Origin: Sphingomonadales bacterium
GTDB taxonomy: Bacteria; Pseudomonadota; Alphaproteobacteria; Sphingomonadales; Sphingomonadaceae
Assembly: GCA_031371635.1 (NCBI GenBank)
Contig: JANMJZ010000008.1
Location: 34 to 64,033 of the forward strand
Reading direction: 5' to 3'
DNA length: 64,000 bases
In this document: piece after piece, positions 28,784-38,924 of the stretch
How the letters are laid out: each line of letters starts with the position of its first letter
Position numbering within the stretch: the first letter of the stretch is position 1
Program-made: the position numbers and the translations under genes
The notes under the pieces: model-generated
The model's input: the letters and a program-made list of their open reading frames with translations, nothing else
What the model was told of the DNA's origin: nothing
Database searches by the model: none

Positions 28784-30187
28784 ATGACCCGCACCGAAAC
28801 CGACAGCTTCGGCCCGATCGAAGTCCCTGCCGATGCCTATTGGGGCGCACAGACGCAGCGGAGCATCGCAAATTTTCCGTTCGGCGACCGTGAGCAGATG
28901 CCGGTCGGGATCGTCCATGCACTCGCGCTGGTGAAGCAGGCGGCGGCACGCGTGAACCGGCGACACGGTCTCGACGGAAAGCTTGCCGACGCCATCGAGG
29001 CTGCCGCCGCCGCGGTCGGGGCAGGCCATCACGACGACCAGTTCCCACTCGTCATCTGGCAAACCGGCAGCGGCACCCAGTCGAACATGAACGTCAATGA
29101 AGTGGTGGCCGGCCTCGCCAACGAAATGCTGACTGGCACGCGCGGCGGCAAGGTGCCGGTCCACCCGAACGACCACATCAACATGTCGCAATCGTCGAAC
29201 GACAGCTTTCCGACCGCGCTGCACATCGCCGCGATTCAGGCTGTCACGTCAAAATTGCTCCCCGCCGTCGACGTCCTGCGCTATACGCTCAATGACAAGA
29301 GCCTTGCCTGGCACGACATCGTCAAGATCGGGCGGACGCATCTCCAGGATGCGACCCCGCTGACGCTGGGCCAGGAATTCTCAGGCTATGTCGCACAGTT
29401 GCAAGCATGCCGGACACGGATCGATGCGGCGCTCGATGATTGCCTGGAGCTGGCGCAGGGCGGCACGGCAGTCGGTACCGGGCTGAACGCACCGGAGGGA
29501 TTTGCTGCCGACATGGCACGGGAAATTGCGGCGCTCACCAAGCTGCCGTTCCGGCCCGCGCCGAATCCTTTTGCAGCGCTCGCCGGCAACGACGCGCTGG
29601 TCCAGCTGTCGGGGAGCCTCAACACGCTGGCCGTCGCGCTGACCAAGATCGCCAACGATATCCGGTTGCTGGGTTCTGGCCCGCGTTCGGGCCTGGGCGA
29701 ACTCAGCCTGCCCGAGAACGAACCGGGCAGCTCGATCATGCCGGGGAAGGTCAACCCGACCCAGTGCGAAATGCTGACGATGGTCGCCGCGCAGGTGATC
29801 GGGAACCATGCCGCCGTCACGGTGGGCGGCATGCAGGGTCATTTCGAACTCAATGTGTTCAAGCCGCTGATCGGCGCCAACGTGCTGCGATCGATCGACC
29901 TGCTCGCCACGGGCATGACCAGCTTTGCCGAACGCTGCGTGGAGGGGATCGAACCCAATCGCGCGCGCATTGCCGAGCTCGTCGATCGCTCGCTGATGCT
30001 CGTCACCGCGCTCGCGCCCGAGATCGGCTACGATAATGCGGCGAAGATCGCGAAACAGGCGCACCACGACGGCACGACCCTGCGCGAGGCCGCGCTGGCG
30101 CTCGGGCTGGTCGATGCTGCGACTTTCGACTGGCTCGTCCGACCCGAAACCATGATCGGTTCGCAGGCGGAACCTTCGCGGCGATAG
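28784..30187 (+). CDS. fumC: class II fumarate hydratase
   Basis: 467 aa. The [15 protein letters not shown] signature and the [25 protein letters not shown]-terminus. Confidence 0.95.
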   Translation: MTRTETDSFGPIEVPADAYWGAQTQRSIANFPFGDREQMPVGIVHALALVKQAAARVNRRHGLDGKLADAIEAAAAAVGAGHHDDQFPLVIWQTGSGTQSNMNVNEVVAGLANEMLTGTRGGKVPVHPNDHINMSQSSNDSFPTALHIAAIQAVTSKLLPAVDVLRYTLNDKSLAWHDIVKIGRTHLQDATPLTLGQEFSGYVAQLQACRTRIDAALDDCLELAQGGTAVGTGLNAPEGFAADMAREIAALTKLPFRPAPNPFAALAGNDALVQLSGSLNTLAVALTKIANDIRLLGSGPRSGLGELSLPENEPGSSIMPGKVNPTQCEMLTMVAAQVIGNHAAVTVGGMQGHFELNVFKPLIGANVLRSIDLLATGMTSFAERCVEGIEPNRARIAELVDRSLMLVTALAPEIGYDNAAKIAKQAHHDGTTLREAALALGLVDAATFDWLVRPETMIGSQAEPSRR

Positions 30188-30222
30188 TTCGTAATGCTCT
30201 CGACATCTGCGGGAGAATTTTC

Positions 30223-30444
30223 GTGAGCTTGAGTACGATAATCGGTGCTGCGATTGGCAGCGCGATCGACGGTTCGGACGGTGAGGACAGCACGCTTGAT
30301 GGCGCTCTGGGCGGCGCTGCGGCGGCGTTGGCGATCCGCACGATTGCGCCGGTCGTGCTGACCTACGCTGCCGGCTGGTTGCTGCTGCATGGCATCGGCA
30401 AGGCAAGCGAAGCCGTATTCGGCAACCGGGAGAAAGTGGCATGA
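30223..30444 (+). CDS. small glycine-rich membrane protein, paralogue A
   Basis: 73 aa (GTG start). The N-terminal IIGAAIGSAIDGSDGED block is shared with the next ORF. One or two hydrophobic segments. Confidence 0.5.
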   Translation: MSLSTIIGAAIGSAIDGSDGEDSTLDGALGGAAAALAIRTIAPVVLTYAAGWLLLHGIGKASEAVFGNREKVA

Positions 30445-30629
30445 TCGGCAAGATCCTTGGTGCCGTCATCGGCAGCCGGATCGATCGGCGTGACGGCGAA
30501 GGCGGGCTCAAGGGGGCGGCCTTCGGCGTTGTCGCGGCTTCGGCTTTGCGCCGCCTTGGTCCGCTCGGCCTGGCACTCGGCGGCGCTTATGCTGTCAAGA
30601 AAGCAATGGATCGCCGCCGCGCACGCTGA
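30441..30629 (+). CDS. small glycine-rich membrane protein, paralogue B
   Basis: 62 aa. ILGAVIGSRIDRRDGEG parallels ORF A. ATGA overlap with ORF A (30441-30444). Basic C-terminus. Confidence 0.5.
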   Translation: MIGKILGAVIGSRIDRRDGEGGLKGAAFGVVAASALRRLGPLGLALGGAYAVKKAMDRRRAR

Positions 30630-30706
30630 TGCTTTGAGCGCAAGGCGCGGGAAGTAACCGGCGCGCGCGCCTGCCAAAGCGAGTCTCCGAATAAAGGGAG
30701 GCCCGC

Positions 30707-31171
30707 GTGTTCCGAAACCTGCTTGCTGTCACCAGCTTGGCCTTCGCCTCAACAACTTTGGCCGAAGCTGAAACGCCGGCTTCGGTCGATCCCGATCGGA
30801 TCGAATGGACACGCGTAAATCCCGACGGCACGAAATTCGCGTTGCTCGACGGCGTCCGCGACAAGCCCGGCGTCAGCTTCAGCTATGCCTTTTTCATTCC
30901 TGCCGGCGTCTGGGACACCGCCCATAGTCATGCTGCCACGGCCCGCGTTTTCGTCGCGCGTGGAACCCTGAAGCTGGGCTATGGCGATCGGATAGACAAG
31001 CGGAAGGCAACAGCATTTCCGACGGGAAGCTTCCTCTTGGTACCGGCCGGTGCCCGCCACTTCGACGGCGCCGACGTCGACACGATCATCATCGGTACCG
31101 CGATAGGCCCCTGGTCTACCGATTATGTCGAAACCACTGCCAAACCATCTGCCGGTAGCTTGCCGAAATAG
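30707..31171 (+). CDS. secreted cupin-domain protein
   Basis: Signal peptide FRNLLAVTSLAFASTTLAEA. ..HSHAATARVFVARGTLKLGYG..LLVPAGARHF.. looks like a cupin beta-barrel. Confidence 0.6.
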   Translation: MFRNLLAVTSLAFASTTLAEAETPASVDPDRIEWTRVNPDGTKFALLDGVRDKPGVSFSYAFFIPAGVWDTAHSHAATARVFVARGTLKLGYGDRIDKRKATAFPTGSFLLVPAGARHFDGADVDTIIIGTAIGPWSTDYVETTAKPSAGSLPK

Positions 31172-31215
31172 CGGCCATGCGTTGACGCCCTGCCCGCAGG
31201 GCGGCATGAGCGGCC

Positions 31216-31857
31216 ATGCCCGCCACCCTGCCGTTCACCCGCCGTGGACTCCTTTTCGTTCTTTCCTCCCCGTCGGGCGCCGGCAAGTCGACGATCGCGC
31301 GCAAGCTGCTGGCCTCCGATGACAATCTGGCGATGTCGGTGTCGGCGACGACTCGTCCGATGCGGCCCGGCGAAGTCGATGGCGTCGATTATCATTTCGT
31401 GACGCTCGACCGGTTCCGGGAAATGGTGGCCGACCATGAATTCCTCGAATGGGCACATGTTTTCGGACATCGCTACGGCACGCCCCGCGCGCCGGTTGAG
31501 GAGATGCTCTCCCGCGGATGTGACGTCCTGTTCGACATCGACTGGCAGGGCGCCCAGCAACTGTTCCAGCAGGCCGGCGGCGACGTCGTGCGCACCTTCA
31601 TCTTCCCGCCCTCGCTCGACGAACTCGAACGCCGCCTCCGGTCGCGCGGCACCGACAGCGATGCCGTGATCGAGGCGCGCATGGATCGCGCGGCGAACGA
31701 GATCAGCCATTGGGACGGCTATGACTATGTGCTCGTCAACGATGATGTCGAACGCTGCTTCCACGACGTCGCGTCGATCCTCGAGTCGGAACGGCTGAAG
31801 CGCAGCCGCCAGACCAGCCTGATCGGTTTCGTCCGCAGTTTGACGCGCCACGGCTGA
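31216..31857 (+). CDS. gmk: guanylate kinase
   Basis: P-loop LSSPSGAGKST, ..YHFV.., EWAHVFGHRYGTP. Confidence 0.95.
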   Translation: MPATLPFTRRGLLFVLSSPSGAGKSTIARKLLASDDNLAMSVSATTRPMRPGEVDGVDYHFVTLDRFREMVADHEFLEWAHVFGHRYGTPRAPVEEMLSRGCDVLFDIDWQGAQQLFQQAGGDVVRTFIFPPSLDELERRLRSRGTDSDAVIEARMDRAANEISHWDGYDYVLVNDDVERCFHDVASILESERLKRSRQTSLIGFVRSLTRHG

Positions 31858-31901
31858 ACGTTAATCTCCTGCCAACAGGGAGACACGCCATATTCCGCAT
31901 T

Positions 31902-32459
31902 TTGATCGGCAGTCTTGTCGCCGGCCTCGTCCAGTTCATCGTCGGGGCCATCGCCTGGGTGTCGCCGCTCGGGGCGCTCGCGTTCAAGAACCTGGACGAC
32001 ACCCAGACGGCGCAGGTTCAGGCCGCCCTTGCTTCGGGGCTGACGGCAACGGGCAGCGGCACCTATTTCATTCCTTCACCCGAAACGGCGGCGGGAACCG
32101 TGCTCTTCGGCAAAGGGCCGGTTGCGCTGATCCATTACAACTCGAACGGATTTGCCGCCGCATTCTCGGGTCCTGCCTTGCTGACCGGACTCGCGATGTC
32201 GATCGTGACGATGCTGCTCGTTGGCCTTGCCGTGCAGCGCCTGCCCGATTTCAGCAGCAGGATGCGGACGACCGGCCTGTTTGCGGTCGCGACCGTCCTG
32301 TACTTCGTGCTCTCGCTGCCGGTCTATAATTTCTACATGCCGTGGGCATGGTGGCTGTTCCTTGGTGTGCAGGAATTCGTGGCGTTCGCGCTCGGCGCTT
32401 TCGTGCTGTTGCGCTTCTTCATGCCGCGCGAAGCAGGGCCAGCATCCGCGCCGAATTGA
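31902..32459 (+). CDS. membrane protein, function unknown
   Basis: 185-aa ORF with four hydrophobic segments and a non-ATG start. Its 3' end overlaps the convergent ATP12-like gene by 41 nt. Confidence 0.55.
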   Translation: MIGSLVAGLVQFIVGAIAWVSPLGALAFKNLDDTQTAQVQAALASGLTATGSGTYFIPSPETAAGTVLFGKGPVALIHYNSNGFAAAFSGPALLTGLAMSIVTMLLVGLAVQRLPDFSSRMRTTGLFAVATVLYFVLSLPVYNFYMPWAWWLFLGVQEFVAFALGAFVLLRFFMPREAGPASAPN

Positions 32460-33105
32460 CGAAGTCGGCGCGGCGCAAGGCGCGTGCGTCGGCGGCCATC
32501 CATTCCTCGCCCCACAACTCGGCTTGCCACAGTTCGTCGAGGTGCGTGGCGTCGAACGCTGCATCGGGACCGATCGCGTCCTCGGCCAGCATCAGCGCGA
32601 CGACCAGCGACCCGCCGATGCTGACCACCGGGGAAAGCGCGGCCAGTTCGAATGCGCTGCGGGTGGCGATGGCGGTCGAAAGCCGGGCCAGCGTTTCCGG
32701 CGGTTGCGCGCGGTGGACAATCCCCGCTGTCACGACAAAGGCGATGTCGTAGCGCGCGCGCGCCCACTCGATCAGCGGGTCCCAGACCTCGGCCTGACCG
32801 GCCGCAAGTTCCGGCGGGTTTTCGGCGCGATAACAGAGCAGGTCCGTCTCGCCATAGGTCGCAAGGCCGGCCGCGAACGCCGCGATATCGGGCGCAACCT
32901 TGTCGATCGCGGCATTGCTGAATCCGGTCAGCGGCATCGCGCGTGGATCGATCTTCTCGCCGACGGCGCGCCATTCGTCCGTCACGGCCTCGGCCAGCGC
33001 GCTGGTCGGCAGCACGAGCGGCGCGCGCGCGGGCGTGCGCACGGCCCGCCCATCGAGCAGGATCGCGCCGCCTTCGACTGTCACGTCCTTCCAGAAACGC
33101 TTCAC
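32419..33105 (-). CDS. ATP12-family F1-ATPase assembly chaperone
   Basis: MKRFWKDVTVEGGAILLDGRAVRTPARAPLVLPTSALAEAVTDEWRAVGEKIDPRAMPLT is the characteristic ATP12 N-terminus. Confidence 0.8.
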   Translation of the reverse strand: MKRFWKDVTVEGGAILLDGRAVRTPARAPLVLPTSALAEAVTDEWRAVGEKIDPRAMPLTGFSNAAIDKVAPDIAAFAAGLATYGETDLLCYRAENPPELAAGQAEVWDPLIEWARARYDIAFVVTAGIVHRAQPPETLARLSTAIATRSAFELAALSPVVSIGGSLVVALMLAEDAIGPDAAFDATHLDELWQAELWGEEWMAADARALRRADFVNSARMLALLRAA

Positions 33106-33311
33106 GCCTCGTTGCGCCAGCGCCGGATCAGGAAGGTCGGCACGATCAGCACGTCGACCATGGCAAGCGCCAGCAGCACCCCGCCGACGATTTCGGCCGG
33201 CTCGATCCAGCGTTTGGCAATGATCGAGATGCCGACGAACGCCAGGACAACCCCGCCGAACCGCAGCAACGTGAGGGTGAAGAAGCGCTTTTTCGCAAGT
33301 TCCTCGTTCAT
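33102..33311 (-). CDS. small two-TM membrane protein
   Basis: 69 aa with two hydrophobic helices. It shares 4-nt overlaps with both neighbours (33102-33105 and 33308-33311). Confidence 0.55.
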   Translation of the reverse strand: MNEELAKKRFFTLTLLRFGGVVLAFVGISIIAKRWIEPAEIVGGVLLALAMVDVLIVPTFLIRRWRNEA

Positions 33312-33964
33312 GCGGCCTCCAGCAATGCGGTCAGGTCATGAGGTCGTCGCGCAATCGCGTGCGCACCGGCACGCAGAAGGTCGGCGCTGTCGTGATAGCC
33401 CCAGCTGACGCCCACGGCCCGCGCTCCAGCATTGTGCGCCATTTCGATGTCGAAGCTGGTATCGCCGATGACGACCGTATTGTCGGGACCCGCGCCCGCA
33501 TCGGCCATGGCCGTTCGCACCATCGACGGGTGCGGCTTCGACGGGTGGCGGTCGGCAGTCTGCAGCGAAATGAAATGCCCGGTCAGCCCGTGATGATTGA
33601 GGACATGCGCAAGCCCCCGGTCCGACTTGCCGGTCGCCACACCAAGCGACCAGCCATCGTCGCGCAGCGCGTCGAGCAGTTCGGCGATGCCCTCGAACAG
33701 CGGTTCGTCGACCAGCCCGTTCGCGCGCATCGCCTGAAACGCGCGCTTGTAGTCGGCAGCAACATGGGCGTGCAGCGCATCCTCGGCCTCGGGCAACAGG
33801 GCGGCAACTGCTTCGACGAGGCTCAGCCCCACGATGCGGCGAATGCTGGCGCGGGTCGGGGCGACGATGCCCGATTGCGCAAAGGCTTCCTCCATCGCGA
33901 CACAGATATTGGCCTGGCTGTCGATCAGCGTCCCGTCACAGTCGAACACGGCAAGCCGGATCAC
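33308..33964 (-). CDS. HAD-superfamily hydrolase (phosphoglycolate-phosphatase-like)
   Basis: Motif I FDCDGTLIDS, and the distal motif GDTSFDIEMA. Confidence 0.8.
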   Translation of the reverse strand: MIRLAVFDCDGTLIDSQANICVAMEEAFAQSGIVAPTRASIRRIVGLSLVEAVAALLPEAEDALHAHVAADYKRAFQAMRANGLVDEPLFEGIAELLDALRDDGWSLGVATGKSDRGLAHVLNHHGLTGHFISLQTADRHPSKPHPSMVRTAMADAGAGPDNTVVIGDTSFDIEMAHNAGARAVGVSWGYHDSADLLRAGAHAIARRPHDLTALLEAA

Positions 33965-34548
33965 GACGACATCGCCCGCGACAAATCGGTATCGCCAAGC
34001 GCCGCCACGACACCCGCCCGGTCGGCATCGCTCTTGTTCTGGCTCAGCTTGCGATTGCCGCGGATCGCGGTGACGCGCAGCTCGAAACAGCGCAGAGCGG
34101 ACAGCATCCGGTCACGGTGCCCGTCTTCGACTTTGGCCATGGTCCAGGGTTGCTTGGGCAACAATCGTGCCTCGTGCAGCGCCGACAGTGCATCCACCTG
34201 GTGCCTCAGCGCCTCGCGGTCGAGCTCGGCACAGATTCCCTCGATCTCGACCGAGACATAATTCCACGTCGGGACCTGGTTATGCGGCTCGGCGTACCAG
34301 TCGGGGCTGATGTACCCGTTCGGCCCCATTGCGCTCGCCAGCACCGTCGCCCCGTCGAGATGCGCGGCAAGGCGGTTGCCGCGCGCCAGATGAAAGCGGA
34401 AATTGCCCTCGCCGGTCGGCGTGACGGGGGCATGCGCGACCATCGGGCCTTCGGGCGTCATCGCAAACAGATGTAGGACGCCGATCTCGAGCACCGTCGC
34501 GCGCAGCGCCGTCGCGTCGTCGATCCTGAATTTCGGGTTCGGGTGCAC
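33961..34548 (-). CDS. FMN-binding negative transcriptional regulator (PaiB family)
   Basis: MHPNPKFRIDDATALRATV.. and ..VPTWNYVSVEI.. are typical PaiB blocks. 195 aa. Confidence 0.75.
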   Translation of the reverse strand: MHPNPKFRIDDATALRATVLEIGVLHLFAMTPEGPMVAHAPVTPTGEGNFRFHLARGNRLAAHLDGATVLASAMGPNGYISPDWYAEPHNQVPTWNYVSVEIEGICAELDREALRHQVDALSALHEARLLPKQPWTMAKVEDGHRDRMLSALRCFELRVTAIRGNRKLSQNKSDADRAGVVAALGDTDLSRAMSS

Positions 34549-34555
34549 GGCCGCG

Positions 34556-35671
34556 CTACTTCGGCCGGGTCTGCCCGCGCGACCGGCGCTCGCCCTTGCG
34601 TTCCTTGCGCGCGGCCTTGGCGATATTAGAGGCCAGGCGCTTCTTGCCCTCCGGCGTCTCCGAAAACTTCACTTCGTCGAGCGGCAGGGCGTCCCCGTGC
34701 GCAATCGTGAAACCCAGGTCGGTCATCGTTGCCGCAAAATGTTCGGGCAAATCGGCGCGCATGTCGATCTGGCCGCCGTCCGGGTGATCGACGCGGATGC
34801 GCCGCGAATGGAGGTGCATCTTGCGACTGATCGTGCCGGTCAGGAACGCTTCCTTGCCGCCGTATTTGCCGTCGCCGACGATGGGATGGCCGATGGCCGC
34901 CATGTGGACGCGCAGCTGGTGCGTGCGCCCCGTGTGCGGCTGCAGCTCGACCCAGGCCGCGCGGTTGCCGACGCGGTCGACGACGCGGTAGCGGGTGCGC
35001 GCCGGCGACCCCTCCTTCTCGTCGACGTGCATCTTCTCGCCGCCTGTACCCGGCTGCTTGCCGATCGGCAGGTCGATCCAGCCGTCGTTGACCTCGGGAA
35101 TGCCCACCACGATCGCCCAATAGACCTTGCGCGCGGTCCGGCTGGAAAAGGCCTTGGCAAAATGCGCCGCGGCGCGTGACGACCGTGCGACCAGCAATGC
35201 GCCGGATGTATCCTTGTCGAGCCGGTGCACGAGCTTGGGTCGCCCGTCTGCCTCGTACATCAGCGCGTCGAGCAGGCCGTCGACATGCTCGGTCGTCCCG
35301 GTCCCACCCTGCGTGGCGAGCCCCGGTGGCTTGTTGAGGACCAAAGCCTGCGCGTCGCGATAGATGACGAGGCTTTGCGCAAATTCGGTCTGGTCGGCGG
35401 TCAGCGGATTGACTGGCCGTTTCGGCTTCGGCGCGCGCTCGGTCTGGGCCGTGCCGTCGGCGGGCGGGACGCGGATGACCTGTCCGGTCGCGACCCTGTC
35501 CCCCGGTGTCGCGCGCGCGCCGTCGAGCCGCAACTGCCCGGTTCGCGCCCAGCGCGACACGATGTTGAAGTTCGCCTCGGGCAAATGGCGCTGGAACCAG
35601 CGGTCGAGCCGGATTCCATCGTCGTCATAGCCGACGGTGAACTGGCGGACGCTTTCGGAGGCCTTGCTCAT
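34556..35671 (-). CDS. RluA-family 23S rRNA pseudouridine synthase with S4 domain (RluC/D-like)
   Basis: 371 aa from the ATG at 35671. S4-like RLDRWFQRHLP and the catalytic HRLDKDTSGALL. Confidence 0.85.
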   Translation of the reverse strand: MSKASESVRQFTVGYDDDGIRLDRWFQRHLPEANFNIVSRWARTGQLRLDGARATPGDRVATGQVIRVPPADGTAQTERAPKPKRPVNPLTADQTEFAQSLVIYRDAQALVLNKPPGLATQGGTGTTEHVDGLLDALMYEADGRPKLVHRLDKDTSGALLVARSSRAAAHFAKAFSSRTARKVYWAIVVGIPEVNDGWIDLPIGKQPGTGGEKMHVDEKEGSPARTRYRVVDRVGNRAAWVELQPHTGRTHQLRVHMAAIGHPIVGDGKYGGKEAFLTGTISRKMHLHSRRIRVDHPDGGQIDMRADLPEHFAATMTDLGFTIAHGDALPLDEVKFSETPEGKKRLASNIAKAARKERKGERRSRGQTRPK

Positions 35672-36042
35672 GCGCTGCGTGCCAGCATGAGTCCGGCACC
35701 GGTGAGCGCCACGGCGCCGATGACGGAAGCGGCGACATAGGCGAACCCGATCGCCGTCTGGCCGCGCTCGACCATCAGCCAAGTTTCGAGCCCGAACGCC
35801 GAAAAGGTCATGAAGCCGCCAAGTACACCGACGCCGAGCAGCAGCCGCGCCTGCTCCCCGCCGTTGCTCGTCCGCGCCAGCACGCCGACGAGAAGCCCCA
35901 TCAGCAGGCCGCCGATCAGATTCACGGCAAGCGTACCCCAGGGAAAGCCCGGCCCCGCTGCCCGCAGGAGCGCACTGCTGACCAGATAGCGCGCGCCTGC
36001 GCCAAGCGCGCCACCCAGCATTACTGAAAATATTCCGTTCAT
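35668..36042 (-). CDS. crcB: fluoride ion channel CrcB/FluC
   Basis: 124 aa. MLGGALGAGARYLV..FPWGTLAVNLIGGLLMGLL..GGFMTFSAF. Confidence 0.9.
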   Translation of the reverse strand: MNGIFSVMLGGALGAGARYLVSSALLRAAGPGFPWGTLAVNLIGGLLMGLLVGVLARTSNGGEQARLLLGVGVLGGFMTFSAFGLETWLMVERGQTAIGFAYVAASVIGAVALTGAGLMLARSA

Positions 36043-36074
36043 CTGCCCGCCGTAGCGCGTGGCGGCCCGCGCGG

Positions 36075-36704
36075 CTAGCGGCCCCGGTTACTCACCAGGT
36101 CAACGGCGCTGCCGCCATCGGGCGCCGTGACGCTGGCGACGAAGGCCGCGCCGTCTGCCGCGCGCGTGGCGCTGATCACGGTCGCCGGCCCCAGTTTTCG
36201 TTCGCTGAGGGCATAGCCTCCCGCCTTGGCGATGCGCCTGTAGATATCGGCTGCGGCCTCGGGGCCGGCCGGCGTTGAATAAGCGATAAGGCGAAGCGCG
36301 CATCCGGGCGCATCGCTGCCGCCGCCCTCCGCCACGCGTGCCTCTGGCGGCAGGGTGAGATCCTGGGACATGCGCGCGGCCCAGCCATAGCTGTAGCGCA
36401 CGCCGAAATCGCATCCCCTGAATATGGCGCCCAGCAAGGGCCGCGTGCGGGCGAGCACGGTCGGTGCCGCCTCGCCCCGCAGCGGGTCGGGCACGCCAGA
36501 CGGTATCATGGCCTGATAGGGCTGATCAGCCGGACGCATGGCACCGTCATTCGACCGCCCGTCGAGCTGGGGGTCTGCCATCAGCGGATCGGCAAGTGCC
36601 GACGCAAACGCAGGATCGGCATCTGCGCTATTGGAGCGTGCCGGTGGCGACGCACCACATCCGGAGAGCAGGGCAAGGAGCAGCGCGGTTGTCAGGCGTT
36701 TCAT
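36075..36704 (-). CDS. lipoprotein, function unknown
   Basis: MKRLTTALLLALLSGC contains a lipobox. 209 aa. Confidence 0.6.
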   Translation of the reverse strand: MKRLTTALLLALLSGCGASPPARSNSADADPAFASALADPLMADPQLDGRSNDGAMRPADQPYQAMIPSGVPDPLRGEAAPTVLARTRPLLGAIFRGCDFGVRYSYGWAARMSQDLTLPPEARVAEGGGSDAPGCALRLIAYSTPAGPEAAADIYRRIAKAGGYALSERKLGPATVISATRAADGAAFVASVTAPDGGSAVDLVSNRGR

Positions 36705-36751
36705 TGTCGACGCCTAGCAGAGCCGCGCAGACAATGCGCCGCTTTGTCCGC

Positions 36752-37051
36752 TTAGAGGATGTTGCAAATCTGCTCGTAGGTCAGCGGGTCGACGAACGCG
36801 ATGCCGATCTGCCCCTCACGCTGCCACGCTACGCGGGCCGGCGTGCGGTCGAGGCTGGCCATGCTTACCGTCACGGGGCGGCCGGGCACCAGCTGGGCCT
36901 CCAGCTCTGCCATGAAACCATGCGCCGAGATATTCTGCACGATGATCTGGAAACTGCGCCCGGGGCCTGCTTCCAGCGTCGCCGGCAGGCGGATGTCGGC
37001 ACGCCGCGATCGGCGGTCGTCGGGTTGAGTTGCTTTGGCGTTGGTCGTCAC
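36752..37051 (-). CDS. single-domain PilZ protein (c-di-GMP receptor candidate)
   Basis: 99 aa containing RRSRR (RxxxR) and NISAHG (D/NxSxxG). Confidence 0.75.
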   Translation of the reverse strand: MTTNAKATQPDDRRSRRADIRLPATLEAGPGRSFQIIVQNISAHGFMAELEAQLVPGRPVTVSMASLDRTPARVAWQREGQIGIAFVDPLTYEQICNIL

Positions 37052-37118
37052 GAAATCGATCTCCCCATCTGATCGAAAACGCTATCTAGCGGCAATTGAT
37101 GAAGAATTTCGGAATGTA

Positions 37119-38489
37119 TCAGATTTTGACGAACGATAGGGGAAGGCCGTCCCGCGGCTTGGGTATCGGCCATGCCTGCCATTCGACGCCCGACTTGGGC
37201 GCGACTTCGATACGGTGCGTACGCAGCATGTGCCACAGCAGGATCTTGACCTGCATATAGGCGAAATGCAGCCCCAGGCACATATGAGCGCCGCCGCCAA
37301 AGGGAGCCCAGGCATATTTGTGCCGGCCCCGCGACTCTTCCGGCGAAAAGCGCATCGGGTCGAACTTGTCGGGCTCGGGCCAGTGTTCCGCCATATGGTG
37401 GACGAAGTGGGTGTTGATGCCCACGAAGGTGCCCTTGGGAAACTTGTGCCCCCGGAACTCGAAATCCTTGATGGCGCGCCTTGGGATGGACGGGACGGGC
37501 GGCATCATCCGCATCGATTCCTTGAACGCATAATCGGTCAGCACAAGGTCGTTCAGCCGGTCATAGGGCAGGTCGTCGCCATTGACTCCCAGCCCAAGCA
37601 TTTCCTCGCGCAGCTTGTCCTGCCACTGGGGATTGCGGCCGAGGAGCATCATCAGCGATGTCGCCGACGACGTGATCGTGTCGTGTGCCGCCATCATCAG
37701 GAAATTCATGTGATCGACGATTTCGTCGACCGTCAGCTGCGAGCCGTCTTCGTGGGTGGCGCGGCAGATTTGCGAGAACATGTCGTCGCCGTTGCCGGCG
37801 CGGCGCTTGGGCACTTCGGCACCGAAATAGCCGACCAGGAATTTGCGCCCGGCAACGCCGCGCCCCATGGCCGTGCCGGGGATCGGCGCACGGATGACGG
37901 CGATCGAGGCCTGAACCATGTCGACGAACGCCTGGTTGATCTTCGACGCCTCCGGCCCGAACGGAATGCCCAGGAACGACGTTGCCGCCAGGTCGAGCGT
38001 CAGTTCCTTGATCGCGGGGTAAAAGGGGAAATCCTTGCCCGACCATTGCGCTACGCGTGCCCGGATGCCTTCGTTGAGCGCCTCGGCATAAAGCTTCATC
38101 GGTTCCGGCTTGAACGCGACCGATAGCGTCCGGCGATGGACGCGATGTTTTTCGAAATCCATCAGCATCAGTCCGCGCGGAAACAGCAGGTTGAGCATCG
38201 GGCCCCAGCCCTGTTCGGATGAAAAGACCTTCTCGCGATCGAACAGCACCAGCTCATTGGCGTCGGGGCCCAGCAGGGTGACGTTGCGCCCGCCAAAGCT
38301 CTTGTGCCGATACACCGGACCGTACTTGGCATGCATCTCCCGCACATAGCCCGGAGGGTCGGCCAGCAGCTTCAGCGTCGTGCCAAGGATCGGCATCCAG
38401 CCGTCTTCGCCAGGGATATGATCCAGGCTTTTTGCCGGTTGAAGGGGCAGCCAGTGCGGATTCGCCTCAAACCTGTCAGCGCGTGCCAT
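37119..38489 (-). CDS. cytochrome P450
   Basis: 456 aa. The heme loop FGGGAHMCLGLHFA, an AAHDT I-helix and an ESMR (ExxR) motif. Confidence 0.9.
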   Translation of the reverse strand: MARADRFEANPHWLPLQPAKSLDHIPGEDGWMPILGTTLKLLADPPGYVREMHAKYGPVYRHKSFGGRNVTLLGPDANELVLFDREKVFSSEQGWGPMLNLLFPRGLMLMDFEKHRVHRRTLSVAFKPEPMKLYAEALNEGIRARVAQWSGKDFPFYPAIKELTLDLAATSFLGIPFGPEASKINQAFVDMVQASIAVIRAPIPGTAMGRGVAGRKFLVGYFGAEVPKRRAGNGDDMFSQICRATHEDGSQLTVDEIVDHMNFLMMAAHDTITSSATSLMMLLGRNPQWQDKLREEMLGLGVNGDDLPYDRLNDLVLTDYAFKESMRMMPPVPSIPRRAIKDFEFRGHKFPKGTFVGINTHFVHHMAEHWPEPDKFDPMRFSPEESRGRHKYAWAPFGGGAHMCLGLHFAYMQVKILLWHMLRTHRIEVAPKSGVEWQAWPIPKPRDGLPLSFVKI

Positions 38490-38587
38490 ATCCCTGCCCC
38501 TTACTTACATCGATATAAATAGGAGGTCTGTGGGCCGAAGCAATCACTATCGCTGGCGTGCGCCGCAGAGTTGTTTATGACATCGGC

Positions 38588-38902
38588 ATGCGCGTGCCAT
38601 CTCCCCCCTCGCTCGAAGGCCGTCGTGCGCTCCGCAAGCTGGTGAACATTCAGGCGCATTTGCGCGAACATGGCGGGTCCCGCCTTGACGTCGAGGTTCA
38701 GGACCTTTCGCGCACGGGCTTTCGCATCGATTGCGTTTACAACGTGGCCGAAGGGGCACGGGTCTATCTGACAATTCCCACTTTTTCGGCCATGGAGGCA
38801 ATCGTTGCCTGGCGCGACAAATCGGGGTTCGGCTGCAAGTTCATCCAGCCTTTGCATCCCGCCGTCTTCGACATGATCGCCCGGCGCCATTCTGAAGTCT
38901 AG
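38588..38902 (+). CDS. single-domain PilZ protein, paralogue of 42079..42402
   Basis: RRALR (RxxxR) and DLSRTG (DxSxxG). The start is ATG 38588 or GTG 38558. Confidence 0.75.
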   Translation: MRVPSPPSLEGRRALRKLVNIQAHLREHGGSRLDVEVQDLSRTGFRIDCVYNVAEGARVYLTIPTFSAMEAIVAWRDKSGFGCKFIQPLHPAVFDMIARRHSEV

Positions 38903-38924
38903 CGCACCGGGCCAGCACGAGTCC

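Noticed and set aside
36043-36074. Expected fluoride riboswitch upstream of crcB
   Set aside because: Only 32 nt separate crcB from the upstream lipoprotein gene, and the sequence shows no resemblance to the crcB-motif core. crcB appears to be expressed as an internal operon gene.
38521-38580. Strong AGGAGG followed by GTG (38530), opening a 16-codon uORF that ends 8 nt before the PilZ ATG
   Set aside because: The spacing between AGGAGG and the GTG is only 3 nt. The peptide (VGRSNHYRWRAPQSCL) has no features, and I cannot test conservation. It is probably a chance occurrence in the divergent P450/PilZ promoter region.
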